Source: an uncultured Verrucomicrobiae bacterium
GTDB lineage: Bacteria; Verrucomicrobiota; Verrucomicrobiia; Chthoniobacterales; JAFAMB01
Length of the DNA: 64,000 bases
Direction of reading: 5' to 3'
Assembly: GCA_963837955.1 (NCBI GenBank)
Contig: CAWIPH010000002.1
Location: 4,096,001-4,160,000 of the forward strand
The position numbers and the translations under genes are program-made. The notes below the pieces were generated by a model. The model was not told where the DNA came from and made no database searches. It saw only the letters and a list, made by a program, of their open reading frames with translations. Below, piece by piece: positions 1-10,560 of this stretch (positions are counted from its first letter, which is position 1; each line of letters begins with the position of its first letter).

Positions 1-385
1 TGTGATAGCTAACCAGAGATCCCGTGGCCGGCTTGATTACTTGCCCGGAGCCGCTCATCGCAGCCATCGCTTCCAAAATTGTCGGGTACGCTTTCGCGGC
101 GACGGCACCGAGAATTGCTGCCCCTAGAAGCACTGCCTCTGGCTCGCGCGGTAATATCAGCTCGCAACCAGTGATGTCGGCGTGCTCGCGGAGAAACACC
201 TCGTTCTTCAAGCCGCCTCCACACGCAAAGATTTTCGAGATCCGGTACCCTTTAGCGTTTATCTCTTCGATGACGTGCCTCGCCTGGTAGGCAATCGCTC
301 GAATAGCGACAAGATAGAGAAGAGCCAAATCATCGTCGGGAGGATTGTTCCTGATCGCGCGAGCAGCCGGGCTCGGATGACCCAT
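1..385 (-). pseudogene. C-terminal fragment of an FGGY-family carbohydrate (pentulose/ribulose) kinase, 5'-truncated; runs off the window edge
   Basis: Manual minus-strand translation: [79 protein letters not shown], a typical FGGY C-terminus. Resemblance ends near 335. Not in the ORF track because no stop lies in the window. Confidence 0.75.
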
Positions 386-480
386 CCTGTATGGTGCGCC
401 TGAATTTCGCCCACCGGCGAGCCTCGGACCCGAGTCGACTTACGAGGGTCCGCCCGTGGACTTGATTGTCACTCTGAAGA

Positions 481-1131
481 TCACGCCGGTTTGACCCGGC
501 GAGGTTTGGAACGTGTGGTAGCTTCGCCCGCTCTAGCTCGGGCGCCGCGGAACACCTGCCTGACTAACTTGTCGCTGAACTCTTCAGTCAGCGGTGAGGA
601 CCGGAACAAAAGGCGATAAAAGATCGCACCGAACACTGCATCGATAATCAGCTCCGGATCCGCATCGCTTGCTAGTTCCCCACTTGTTTTGCCCCGCTCG
701 ATATCGGCGGCGTTTGCCTCCTGGTGTCCCCGGATGTGTTTGTCAAACAGCTCCCGGAGGATCGCTGGCTCGCTTTGGCCTTCGGCAATCAGCTCGGACA
801 GCACCTTACCCAACTGTCCGTTCAACGGCCCGATCAAGGCATGTGCCGCGTCACGGATCGCCTCTTCCGCCGTCCCAACTGACGGCGGCGGCAAGGCGAC
901 AGCGATTCGTTCTCGGAACATGGCCAGCACAAGCGCGGCCTTGGTCGGCCACCACTTGTAGAGCGTGGGCTTGCCTACGCCAGCCCTGTTGGCGACGGCT
1001 TCCATCGTGAGATCACGGACCGAACGCTCCTGCAGTAGCTCATAAACGGCATCCAAAATTGCCGCATGCGACCCGGCTGCTTCAATGGGCGGGCGGCCAC
1101 GGCGGGGAGGAACAGAACCTTTAGCAGACAC
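481..1131 (-). CDS. TetR/AcrR family transcriptional regulator
   Basis: N-terminal HTH LTMEAVANRAGVGKPTLYKWWPTK; divergent from the NmrA gene. Confidence 0.93.
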   Translation of the reverse strand: MSAKGSVPPRRGRPPIEAAGSHAAILDAVYELLQERSVRDLTMEAVANRAGVGKPTLYKWWPTKAALVLAMFRERIAVALPPPSVGTAEEAIRDAAHALIGPLNGQLGKVLSELIAEGQSEPAILRELFDKHIRGHQEANAADIERGKTSGELASDADPELIIDAVFGAIFYRLLFRSSPLTEEFSDKLVRQVFRGARARAGEATTRSKPRRVKPA

Positions 1132-1193
1132 GTATTAAGTTTAACAGAACGGAAAGAAAAATCATTTGACGATCTCGATTCTATCTTTAACTA

Positions 1194-1209
1194 TACGAAA
1201 CGTTCAGTA
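1194..1209. promoter_or_regulatory. Candidate TetR operator (imperfect palindrome TACGAAACGTTCAGTA)
   Basis: 12 of 16 positions self-complementary, centred on AACGTT, in the AT-rich gap between the divergent tetR and nmrA-like genes. Confidence 0.5.
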
Positions 1210-1264
1210 AAGATTATTAACGTGCCTGGACCCGGCTGTGGGTTCCGTAATCAATGGAGACTTT

Positions 1265-2122
1265 ATGAAAATCTTAGTGACTGGTGGTACGGGCAAAGTG
1301 GGCACAGAAGTAGTCCAAGCGCTGCTTCGCCGTGGAGAGTCTGTCCGCGTCCTGACTCGGAACAAGGAAGCAAAGCTGCCCGACGGGGCAGAGGTGGCTA
1401 TCGGCGACCTGCTGGACCCAGACTCGGTCCGCTCGGCACTGAACGGCGTCGACAAGCTGTTCCTGCTGGTCGGCAATGTGGCCGACGAGCTGACACAAGC
1501 CTTGCTTACAGTGGCCGTAGCTCGGCAAGCAAAGGTTAAGCACATCACTTACCTCTCTGTTTACCAAGCCGAGCGGTTCCCGGACGTTCCGCATTTTATT
1601 GGCAAGTATGCTGTTGAGACATCTCTTAAGGCGTTCGATACCCCATTCACTGTCTTGCGGCCCGGTTATTTCTTCCAGAATGATGCCCAGCTCAAACCTG
1701 TGCTGACTGGGGCCGGTCTGTATCCAAATCCGATTGGCAAAGCTGGAATCGCTGCAGTTGATGTTCGAGATATCGCCGATGCCGCTATCGTTTCGTTAAC
1801 CACCGACGGGCACACTGGGAAGACTTATAACCTCGTTGGACCGGATCCACTAAGCGGACCCAGTGCCGCGGCCATTTGGAGTGAGGTTTTGAACAGGCAG
1901 GTTCGTTACGCCGACCTTCCGGTGGAAGCGTTCGAGGAGCAACTCCGTCAAATCTTCCCCGCTTGGCTCGCTAAGGACCTCCGGCTTATGTTCCAGGGAT
2001 ACGAGGACCGTGGCTTCGCTCCGAGCAACGCCGATGTCGCTACGCTGACCTCGCTGATCGGCCATGCCCCTAGGCGGTACGAGGATTTTGTGCGTGAGAC
2101 GGCTGCAGAGTGGAGCAAATGA
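1265..2122 (+). CDS. NmrA-like NAD(P)-binding protein (atypical SDR)
   Basis: MKILVTGGTGKVG Rossmann motif, LRPGYFFQN, VDVRDIA; ATG 1265 follows a GGAG RBS. Confidence 0.9.
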   Translation: MKILVTGGTGKVGTEVVQALLRRGESVRVLTRNKEAKLPDGAEVAIGDLLDPDSVRSALNGVDKLFLLVGNVADELTQALLTVAVARQAKVKHITYLSVYQAERFPDVPHFIGKYAVETSLKAFDTPFTVLRPGYFFQNDAQLKPVLTGAGLYPNPIGKAGIAAVDVRDIADAAIVSLTTDGHTGKTYNLVGPDPLSGPSAAAIWSEVLNRQVRYADLPVEAFEEQLRQIFPAWLAKDLRLMFQGYEDRGFAPSNADVATLTSLIGHAPRRYEDFVRETAAEWSK

Positions 2123-2152
2123 TCAGCGGCGGCTGGCAGCATCTTCTTAACC

Positions 2153-2734
2153 ATGAGATCCAAAGCCGTCATAGTTGCGCGCGTCCTTCTCGGCCTCGTC
2201 TTCTTCGTCTTCGGCCTGAACGGGTTTTTGCACTGGTTCCCGCTGCCGACGATGAAGGGCGCCGCCGCGGAGTTCATGGGTGGGCTCGTCGCCAGCGGGT
2301 ACTTCTTCCCGCTGCTTTTTGGGACGTATACGATCACGGGGGCCGCGCTCCTGACCGGCCGCTTCGTGCCGCTCGCGTTGACTGTGCTCGCGCCGGTCAT
2401 CGTGAACATCGTCGCCGTCCACCTCTTCCTCGCTCCATCCGGATTCCCACTTACAATCCTCGTCGTCGCGCTTGAGCTCTTCCTCGCCTGGTCGTACCGC
2501 GCGGCGTTCCGCTCGTTGCTGCGCGCGCGTAATGACGCGCGCCCGCCCGTTGAGGAGAACGCAATGATCGGCACCAAACCTTACGCGAAGCTCAAGTACC
2601 GCGAAGTCAAAGGTAGGCAAATGGCCTACATCGACGAGGGCGAGGGCGACGCGATCGTGTTTCAGCACGGTCAACCGGCGTCGTCGTGCGTCTGGCGCAC
2701 GTCATGCCTCACCTGGACGGAAGGTGCCGGCTGA
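2153..2734 (+). CDS. DoxX-like membrane protein, reading through in frame into a dehalogenase remnant
   Basis: [17 protein letters not shown] ... [17 protein letters not shown], about 4 TM segments; C-terminal 56 aa come from the downstream remnant. Confidence 0.75.
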   Translation: MRSKAVIVARVLLGLVFFVFGLNGFLHWFPLPTMKGAAAEFMGGLVASGYFFPLLFGTYTITGAALLTGRFVPLALTVLAPVIVNIVAVHLFLAPSGFPLTILVVALELFLAWSYRAAFRSLLRARNDARPPVEENAMIGTKPYAKLKYREVKGRQMAYIDEGEGDAIVFQHGQPASSCVWRTSCLTWTEGAG

Positions 2735-2800
2735 TCGCCTGCGACCTCATCGGGAAGGGCAGGTCAGAGAAGCTCAGCCCCTCGGGACCGGATCGCTATC
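2564..2800 (+). pseudogene. Haloalkane dehalogenase (LinB/DhaA-like) N-terminal remnant, frameshifted and truncated
   Basis: [26 protein letters not shown], then after a frameshift near 2698 [33 protein letters not shown]; own GAGGAG RBS at 2552. Confidence 0.85.
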
Positions 2801-3019
2801 GATGGTTGTTCGTCTGGAATACTTTGAGTGACGCAGTCGTGGCGACCCAGCGTGGGCAGTTTTTGACTGTTGAGTTAGAAGTTGCAAGTCGTCCGTCGCT
2901 TAGCGAGCTATTATCAAGGCCGGAGTCGTTTTCGGATTACTCCAGGGTTAAACGATTTTTTGATTTCGCCTGGATTTCGCAGCCAATTGCGTAGCCTTGG
3001 CACCTAAAGCTACAGGATA

Positions 3020-4630
3020 ATGACATTCGATAGATTTCTTGGTGAGTTTAAGGGAAAATTGGAACTCCAAACTTTCTTAGATCGCTACGGTAGATGGTGC
3101 CCGTGTGTGAACTTGCTGGGATTGATAATGTTGTTCATCGCCTTACCAGCGCAGGGGCAAGGCGGCGGAACGCATACAACACTTGAGCAGGTAAATCAGG
3201 CGGTGCGGGAGACCCAAAGACTCTGTGAAGATCAAATTGAAAAAGGTGCGGTTCCAGGTCTCGCGATTGCCGTCGTATTTCAGGATCACGTCGTTTATAC
3301 AGCGGGCTTTGGTGTGCGAGATGTCAATACCCGGGAACCGGTGAATGCAGACACTGTGTTCCAGTTGGCATCGTTATCCAAAGCTGTTGGCTCAACCGTC
3401 GTAGCGGAACTTGTCGGCGAAGGCAAAATCTCCTGGGACTCCAGAATCAGCGATCTCGATCCCGAGTTTGCGATGTACGATCCCTGGGTGACACGCGAAA
3501 TCACGATTCGTGATTTCTACGCGCATCGCAGTGGCCTACCTGCATCCGCGGGCGATTCGCTCGAAGTTCTGCGATTCAACCGAGAGCAAATTTTGCATCG
3601 CTTGCGCTACCAAAAGCCTAATAGCAGTTTCCGTTCCCATTTCGCCTATACCAATTTTGGCGTTACGGAGGCCGCCGTTGCCGCCGGCAAGGCGTATAAT
3701 ATGACCTGGGAAGACGCCTCAGAGCAAAAGCTCTACAGACCACTCGGCATGAATTCTACCAGCTCGCGCTATGCCGATTTTTCTGCTCGGACGAACAAAG
3801 CACTTGGCCATGTACAGGTCGATGGCAAGTGGGTCCAAAAATACAAGCGCGATCCGGATCCGCAATCCCCGGCTGGCGGAGTCAGCTCATCGGTCAACGA
3901 CCTCGCCAAGTGGATGCGTTTACAGCTCGCGAATGGGCAATTTGAGGGCAGACGGATCGTCGATGAAAAAGCGTTGGCGGTAACCCATTCACCGCAAATT
4001 TTGATGTGGTTCGATCCACTGAACGGGTTGCCTATGTTTTATGGACTTGGTTGGATCGTCAGTTACGATAAAGAAGGGCGGTTGCACCTTTGGCATACGG
4101 GAATATTCACGACGGGGGCGGCTACAATCATACAGCTAGTCCCGTCGGAACATTTGGGCATTGTCGTCCTCACCAACGCTTTCCCGCCTGGAGTTGGGGA
4201 AGGGCTCGCTCTTACGTTTACCGATGTTGCGTTGTACGGGAAGGCCACGCAGGATTGGCTCGCATATTTCAAAAAGGTGTATTCAAACCCGGCCGCGCTA
4301 GGTGTGGGAACCGACTACTCCAAACCGCCCGCGGCACCCGGACCTGCGCTGGCGACCAGTGCGTACGTCGGGACCTACACCAACAACTTCTATGGAGAGA
4401 TTCAGGTCATCGAACAGGGCGACGGAATCGCAATTGTTGAGGGCCCCCTCAAGTTGACTTTCCCATTAAAGCATTATGACCGCGACCTATTCACCTGTGA
4501 CACGGAAGGCGAAACGACCGGAGTTACCTTTACCATTGGTGCGGACGGGAAGGCGACGACAGTGGTTGTTGAGGACCTCAACTTACAAGGCGACGGGACG
4601 TTTAAACGCCGGTCCGCTGAGGACAAATGA
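3020..4630 (+). CDS. Serine hydrolase (beta-lactamase/AmpC-like) with a C-terminal DUF3471-like domain, probably secreted
   Basis: FQLASLSK (SxxK), FAYTN (YxN), HTG motif; true start may lie further downstream. Confidence 0.88.
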   Translation: MTFDRFLGEFKGKLELQTFLDRYGRWCPCVNLLGLIMLFIALPAQGQGGGTHTTLEQVNQAVRETQRLCEDQIEKGAVPGLAIAVVFQDHVVYTAGFGVRDVNTREPVNADTVFQLASLSKAVGSTVVAELVGEGKISWDSRISDLDPEFAMYDPWVTREITIRDFYAHRSGLPASAGDSLEVLRFNREQILHRLRYQKPNSSFRSHFAYTNFGVTEAAVAAGKAYNMTWEDASEQKLYRPLGMNSTSSRYADFSARTNKALGHVQVDGKWVQKYKRDPDPQSPAGGVSSSVNDLAKWMRLQLANGQFEGRRIVDEKALAVTHSPQILMWFDPLNGLPMFYGLGWIVSYDKEGRLHLWHTGIFTTGAATIIQLVPSEHLGIVVLTNAFPPGVGEGLALTFTDVALYGKATQDWLAYFKKVYSNPAALGVGTDYSKPPAAPGPALATSAYVGTYTNNFYGEIQVIEQGDGIAIVEGPLKLTFPLKHYDRDLFTCDTEGETTGVTFTIGADGKATTVVVEDLNLQGDGTFKRRSAEDK

Positions 4631-4837
4631 AGACAACGATCATGAATAATCTAATCTGTGCACAAAGACGGTTATTACTCTCGACCTTATACGGCTCACA
4701 CCGTAGATCCAGCCAAGCTATCTCGTATCAGAAAAGTCGCATTTACAGATGAAATGCTTCTGGCTGAGCGGCGAACGGCTGTCGACTTCCGGCGGAACAT
4801 TCTAGATTCTAGCTCTTAAATTCCAGATTTTCGTACT

Positions 4838-6280
4838 ATGCACGACCATTTTGTTGGGGGCGAATGGATCCGCGGCCGAGGCGAGCTGTTTCATTCCAGA
4901 AACCCTTCAACCGGAGAAGAGGTTTTCCGCACCAAACACGCCACAGCTGCCGAGGTCGCCGCCGGGTTTTTGGCCGCGTCGGACGCCTTTCCAGAATGGG
5001 CCAATACATCTATTGATGAGCGGATCCAAATCGCACGGCGATTTGGCGAGGCCGTGCAATCTCGGCGTAAGGAATTCGGACACGCCATTTCACAGGAAAC
5101 CGGCAAGCCGCTCTGGGAAGCGAATCAGGAAGTCGATACGGTGATCCGAAAAATTGACCTGAGCATCGAAGCCTATCAACAGCGGACCGGCACAAAGTCC
5201 GAGGATTCCGGAAACAGTCGTTCCGTGCTTTCTCATGCGCCACATGGCGTTGTCGCCGTCCTTGGGCCGTTCAATTTTCCGGCGCACCTTCCGAACGGTC
5301 ACATCGTCCCCGCGTTGCTCGCAGGCAATTGCGTAGTTTTTAAGCCGAGCGAAGTCACCCCTACCGTAGGGGCTATGCTGGCGGACTTCTGGCGCGAAGC
5401 TGGATTGCCAGCGGGCTGTCTGAACCTCCTCCAGGGTGATCGAAGTACCGCTGAGCTGATCCTCGATCGGTCCGAACTCGCTGGCGTTTTCTTTACTGGG
5501 AGTGCTGGAACGGGTCTCTCCATACACCAACGTTTCGCCGGCCGACCAAACGTGATCCTGGCACTGGAGATGGGTGGAAATAATCCAATGGTTGTGATGA
5601 AAGGGCACGACCTAAGAGCGGCCGCCCGAATCATCGCCATTTCGGCTTTCATCAGTGCTGGGCAGCGTTGCACCTGTACTCGTCGACTGATCTTGGCAGA
5701 TTCTGCGGTCTTGCCAGAGTTGGTTCGAATCACCGAACAAATTTTGGTGGGTGGTCCGGATGAAACACCGGAGCCGTTTATCGGTCCGGTAATCAGTGTG
5801 CCGGCCTCGCAAAAGATCCTGCAAACTCAGCAAGAACTCGCCAGGCGTGGAGCGAAGGTCCTCGTCGAATGCCAAGCCACTAAGAAAGGGCTTCCTTTTC
5901 TTCGTCCGGGTATTCTTGATGTCACCGCCGTTTCGGATGTCGCAGACGAAGAAGTGTTCGGACCACTTCTGACGGTGACCCGGGTGCATGATTTCGAAGA
6001 AGCAATCGAAGTGGCGAACCGAACCCGGTTCGGACTTGCCGCGGGCTTGATCGGCGGTCACGAACAAGATTTCGAGTTGTTCCGGCGCAGGATTCGGGCC
6101 GGAATTATTAACTGGAATCGACCAACAACCGGAGCGAGCAGCGCCGCCCCTTTCGGCGGCGTTGGTCTTTCCGGCAATCATCGCCCGAGCGCCTTCTACG
6201 CGGCCGATTACTGCGCGTATCCGGTAGCAACGCTGCAAAGTACTGAGTTGGTCGCACCTGACTATCCAGGGTTACCCTAG
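4838..6280 (+). CDS. astD: Succinylglutamate-semialdehyde dehydrogenase
   Basis: GPFNFPAHLPNGH, ALEMGGNNP, SAGQRCTC, SGNHRPSAFYAADYCAYP. Confidence 0.92.
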   Translation: MHDHFVGGEWIRGRGELFHSRNPSTGEEVFRTKHATAAEVAAGFLAASDAFPEWANTSIDERIQIARRFGEAVQSRRKEFGHAISQETGKPLWEANQEVDTVIRKIDLSIEAYQQRTGTKSEDSGNSRSVLSHAPHGVVAVLGPFNFPAHLPNGHIVPALLAGNCVVFKPSEVTPTVGAMLADFWREAGLPAGCLNLLQGDRSTAELILDRSELAGVFFTGSAGTGLSIHQRFAGRPNVILALEMGGNNPMVVMKGHDLRAAARIIAISAFISAGQRCTCTRRLILADSAVLPELVRITEQILVGGPDETPEPFIGPVISVPASQKILQTQQELARRGAKVLVECQATKKGLPFLRPGILDVTAVSDVADEEVFGPLLTVTRVHDFEEAIEVANRTRFGLAAGLIGGHEQDFELFRRRIRAGIINWNRPTTGASSAAPFGGVGLSGNHRPSAFYAADYCAYPVATLQSTELVAPDYPGLP

Positions 6281-6524
6281 CGACGAAATCCCTTGAGAGA
6301 TGAGGACCGAGAGGAAGCAGGCTGCTCAGGAGAACGCCATCTAAAGCTTTGGCGCGCGCTCCGAGCTTTGAATTTGTGGCGATTGAGGCCACTTTTCCTG
6401 CCTTGCTATTACGATGCGTCGAGGCGCGAGGCTCTTTCTCTGTGAGTGACTTCGTCCGTGCTTTCTGTATATAAGAGAACTGGATTTTTATTGAATCCAA
6501 AAAAAATAATCCCCATGAACGTCT

Positions 6525-7619
6525 ATGAAAAGAATCAACCTCCCCCCAGGCGTCAGCGATTCCAATCGCGGAGTCTCGCGACGCGAAGCACTTCGCCGCG
6601 CCGCTAGCGCCGGCGCCCTGATCTCGCTCTCCCCTTTAGCCGGTTTCGGCGTCTCCAGCGCAGAGGCCGCCGAGGAAGCTCTCGGCAAGTTTCCGAAGCA
6701 TCCGCAGTGGAAATTCACGTTCGTCAATCACGTAACGACCAACCCCTTCTTCGTCCCGACCAGGTACGGCGCCGAAGATGCCTGCGCACTGCTTGGCTGC
6801 AGTTACCAGTGGACAGGCTCCGAGAAATCGATTGCTACCGACATGGTCAACGCTCTGAATACGGCAGTCTCAGCGGGCGTCGACGGCATCGCCGTCTGCC
6901 TGGTTGATCTGGCGGCATTTAACGATCCAGTCGAAAAGGCTCTTAAGGCGGGTATCCCCGTGGTGTCGTACAATGCCGACGCCAAGGGTAACAAAAGATT
7001 ATGCTACATCGGCCAGGATCTGTTTCAGTCGGGCAAAGGGTTGGGCGAGCGCATCATTGAGCTGGTACCGGAGGGCGAAGTGGTCGGTTTCATTGCCACC
7101 CCCGGGCAACTGAATATCCAGCCGCGCTTGGACGGTGCTAAGGCAGCGATCAAGGAGTCTGGCAAGAACATTACTTTGAACGAGATAGCCAGCGGTGCCG
7201 CTTTGAACGATGAGGTCTCCGCGGTCGAAGCGTATTACGCGGGCCATCCCAACATCAAAGGCATGTTTGCAGTGGACGCGGGCAGCACCGCAGCGGTAGC
7301 TAAGGCGATGGCTGGCCACGAACTGCAAAAGAAGGGTGTTCACGCAGGCGGCTTTGATCTTCTGCCGACTACGCTCGAAGCCATCTCGAAGGGCGACCTG
7401 GACTTTACGATCGATCAACAGCCTTATCTCCAGGGATTCTATACTGTCATGGTGCTCTTCCTTTATAAAATCTCCGGCGGGTTGACCGGCCCCTCCGACA
7501 TCGATACGGGTCTGAGTTTCCTGACAAAGTCCAACGTCGAGCCGTTCCTCAAAACCCAGAGCCGCTACGAGGGTAACTCCAGCGAAGAGAAGGTGTTAAA
7601 GCGATCTGGCGCGATTTAA
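6525..7619 (+). CDS. Sugar ABC transporter substrate-binding protein with a Tat-like signal
   Basis: SRREALRRAASAG twin-arginine-like leader; periplasmic binding protein type I motifs (NPFF, DQQPYLQG). Confidence 0.9.
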   Translation: MKRINLPPGVSDSNRGVSRREALRRAASAGALISLSPLAGFGVSSAEAAEEALGKFPKHPQWKFTFVNHVTTNPFFVPTRYGAEDACALLGCSYQWTGSEKSIATDMVNALNTAVSAGVDGIAVCLVDLAAFNDPVEKALKAGIPVVSYNADAKGNKRLCYIGQDLFQSGKGLGERIIELVPEGEVVGFIATPGQLNIQPRLDGAKAAIKESGKNITLNEIASGAALNDEVSAVEAYYAGHPNIKGMFAVDAGSTAAVAKAMAGHELQKKGVHAGGFDLLPTTLEAISKGDLDFTIDQQPYLQGFYTVMVLFLYKISGGLTGPSDIDTGLSFLTKSNVEPFLKTQSRYEGNSSEEKVLKRSGAI

Positions 7620-7634
7620 TATTCGACGAATCCC

Positions 7635-8666
7635 ATGGCGAAAGACATAGCGGATTCTCTGCCGCAGCCACAGGATTCGCCCCGGCGCACTGAGCGCCGG
7701 GGCCTGGTGCGCCGCGTGGGGCTGTCCCTGCTCCACTCCCGGGAAGCTAGCATCGCGATCGCCGGTATTGTGCTCGTGATCTATTTCCAAACCACCGCGC
7801 CAGCATTCCTTTCGCCAGGAAACATTGCTAACCTCGCGGGTTACGCTGCGACGACGGCGATCATCGCCGCCGGTGAGGTGATGGTACTTATTTGCGGGGA
7901 GGTAGATTTGTCCGTGGGTCAGGTCTACGCGTTGTCGCCCTTCGTGATGTATTACGCGCACGAGGCAGGTGTCCCGTTTGTGCTTGCGATTCTGCTCGGG
8001 CTCGTCGTTGCCTCGATTGTCGGCATCATTAATGGGCTCTTAACGGTCGTACTCCGGATACCCTCTTTCATCGCCACCCTCGGCACATTCTACTTGATCA
8101 ATGGCATTACCCTGACCATTTCGGGTGGTTTTCCGGTCCAACCGAAAGGGGGGCCGATCATCACCAATACTTTCGGCGGCAATGCAATTTCGCAGACTCT
8201 GTGGGCAATCGGTATTGCGGTAATTTTCCAGTTTGTGCTTAGGAAAATGCGTTGGGGATTACACACGATAGCTACCGGCGGCAACCTGCTTGGTGCCTCA
8301 GAAGTAGGAGTCAAGGTCGGTGTTATCAAGGTGGGAAATTTCATTCTTTGCAGCATCTTGGGCGGTCTGGCTGGCACCTTGGATGCGTTTCGAATCGGTT
8401 CGATTGATCCCTTGGCGGGCGGTTCTGAGATTATGTTTATGGCCATCGCCTCCGCCGTCATTGGTGGAACGCTTCTTACCGGGGGCTCAGGCACAATTAT
8501 CGGAGCTTTTTTTGGTGCCATAGTTCTCGGCATTTTGAAGGATGGTTTTACGCTCTCTGGCGTCAGCGCTTACACTTTTGATATGATTCTGGGCGGCGCG
8601 ATCCTTATTACCATGCTGATAAACGTGCGCCTGAGTCGTCTACGCGCGGCTGGAGGTGGGCAATGA
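7635..8666 (+). CDS. Sugar ABC transporter permease (RbsC-like)
   Basis: GEVDLSVG, IPSFIATLG, IASAVIGGT. Confidence 0.92.
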   Translation: MAKDIADSLPQPQDSPRRTERRGLVRRVGLSLLHSREASIAIAGIVLVIYFQTTAPAFLSPGNIANLAGYAATTAIIAAGEVMVLICGEVDLSVGQVYALSPFVMYYAHEAGVPFVLAILLGLVVASIVGIINGLLTVVLRIPSFIATLGTFYLINGITLTISGGFPVQPKGGPIITNTFGGNAISQTLWAIGIAVIFQFVLRKMRWGLHTIATGGNLLGASEVGVKVGVIKVGNFILCSILGGLAGTLDAFRIGSIDPLAGGSEIMFMAIASAVIGGTLLTGGSGTIIGAFFGAIVLGILKDGFTLSGVSAYTFDMILGGAILITMLINVRLSRLRAAGGGQ

Positions 8667-9433
8667 GCAAAGAAGTATTGCGCACGGAACACGTGGCAAA
8701 GTCGTTTGGGGCGGTGACAGCGCTGGAAGATGTTTCGATCCATCTCAGCAAAGGCGAAGTTCTGGGCCTTCTCGGTGACAATGGCGCCGGCAAATCTACT
8801 TTGATGAAGATTCTTACCGGGTTTCATCGACCAAGCGGCGGGAAGATCTATTTCGAAGGTAATGAGATCGAACTCAAAAGCGTCAGCCACGCCCGATCGT
8901 TGGGCATCGAGCCGGTCTACCAGGATCTGGCTCTGGTTAACGGACTCAACGTTTACCACAACATGTTCCTGCAACGAGAAATCATGTATGGCGGAGTCTT
9001 TCGGATCCTTAATGATGGCGCGATGCGCGAGCGCGCAAAAAAGCAGCTGAAGGAGATGGGTGTCCATATACCTTCGGTCGACGTCGAGATCGCCAAGCTA
9101 TCGGGGGGGCAACGACAGGCTATCGCTGTCGCACGCTCCGTATATGCCAATGCCAAAGTACTCCTGCTGGACGAACCAACGGCGGCAATGGGCGTGAAAG
9201 AAAGTACGATGATCCTGGACTTGGTCCGGCGGCTCAAGGAGAAGGGCGAAGTCTCGATTATTATCGTGGCTCACAATTATGCCCAAATTTTCGATTTCTG
9301 CGACCGGATCAACCTTTTGCAAAACGGCAAAATCACGTTCGATCAGCGAACCAAGGATACCTCCGTGGAACAGCTGACGAGCCTCGTGGTGAATGAGTAT
9401 CGTGCCGCCCGGGAAAGCATTACCCGCCCTTGA
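8663..9433 (+). CDS. Sugar ABC transporter ATP-binding protein
   Basis: GDNGAGKST, LSGGQRQ, LLLDEPT. Confidence 0.95.
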   Translation: MSKEVLRTEHVAKSFGAVTALEDVSIHLSKGEVLGLLGDNGAGKSTLMKILTGFHRPSGGKIYFEGNEIELKSVSHARSLGIEPVYQDLALVNGLNVYHNMFLQREIMYGGVFRILNDGAMRERAKKQLKEMGVHIPSVDVEIAKLSGGQRQAIAVARSVYANAKVLLLDEPTAAMGVKESTMILDLVRRLKEKGEVSIIIVAHNYAQIFDFCDRINLLQNGKITFDQRTKDTSVEQLTSLVVNEYRAARESITRP

Positions 9434-9495
9434 TCTGAAATCCATACCGATGCTCCGGCAAATCGGCTATGAGCTTTAGTGGCGGACCGAGCAAT

Positions 9496-10440
9496 TTACG
9501 TCAGCGGAAAATCGCTCAGCCTTGCTTCCAGTCGTGCGCGTAGGGCTGCGCGCGGTTCGGCGTTCTCCTGCGTCTCACTAGCGATTGCCGCACAGAGCGC
9601 AATTAACCCCTCCAAATCTTCGAGATCGATGTACTCCGTATCGATTCGCGAGTCCGGTGTGCAGTTATGATAATTGCCAAGCGCAATGCACAGCGCGGCA
9701 GACCGATACCCGTAAGCTTGAAACGCGGTTGCTTCACACGTGCCTCCAGCCATGAGACATCTTTGAAAGCGAATCTCACGCTTTTTCGCGATCTCCACAA
9801 AGAGTGCGGTCGTCGGCGGATCAAAAATTGAGACTCGATCTCCGACGCGGATTATCGGTCCATCGCCCATCCTGGCCGGCAAACGTTCGGCACTGGTCTC
9901 CAGGGAGATGATCGTCAAATCGGAAGGAAGCAACCCGGATTTCGCGAGCTGGATGGCACCGATAAAGCCCACCTCTTCGGCGCGAGTGAAAACACCCACC
10001 ACCGGTCGAGGCGGGTTTCGCCGGCACAAAGTTTGGACGGTCGCAATGATCGCGGCGCACCCGATGAGATCATCGCAAGCGCGCGAGTAAAGCCGATTTC
10101 CATCCATATGCAGAGCAGGCAAATCCCACATGCCAAAACCGTCGAACTCCCGCACGACTCCCTTTTCTTGGAGCTCTTCCGGAACTCCACCAAGAAATCG
10201 CCGGATTGGCCTGAGCTGCCAACCCGGATGATCCATATGAGCGATAAATGCGTATCGAGCGTCGGCAATATCTCCGCCCGAGGAAACAATCAGATTTCCA
10301 AATTGGTCTTTTTTCAGCCTTATCCCTTTGATCTGACCTAGTTGACGCTCGATCTCTGTGCTTACAGCGGCTTCGAAAGTGGGCGCGGTCGGGCATTCCA
10401 GGAGCGGCTGAACGATAGCAAATAGTTCGGCACGATTCAT
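9496..10440 (-). CDS. M20/M28/M42-type metallopeptidase/hydrolase
   Basis: AHMDH, RACDD, RAEEVG metal-ligand motifs and C-terminal YH. Confidence 0.8.
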   Translation of the reverse strand: MNRAELFAIVQPLLECPTAPTFEAAVSTEIERQLGQIKGIRLKKDQFGNLIVSSGGDIADARYAFIAHMDHPGWQLRPIRRFLGGVPEELQEKGVVREFDGFGMWDLPALHMDGNRLYSRACDDLIGCAAIIATVQTLCRRNPPRPVVGVFTRAEEVGFIGAIQLAKSGLLPSDLTIISLETSAERLPARMGDGPIIRVGDRVSIFDPPTTALFVEIAKKREIRFQRCLMAGGTCEATAFQAYGYRSAALCIALGNYHNCTPDSRIDTEYIDLEDLEGLIALCAAIASETQENAEPRAALRARLEARLSDFPLT

Positions 10441-10560
10441 ATGGGGAGTCGGCCAGCATTGGCCATTGTCACTTGCAGATTCGATAACGCGGTGCTCTTA
10501 CTCTTCAAATTCAGTTCCCGCAACGGATGATCGGGTAGGCGGAGGAGTAGTACACATTCC

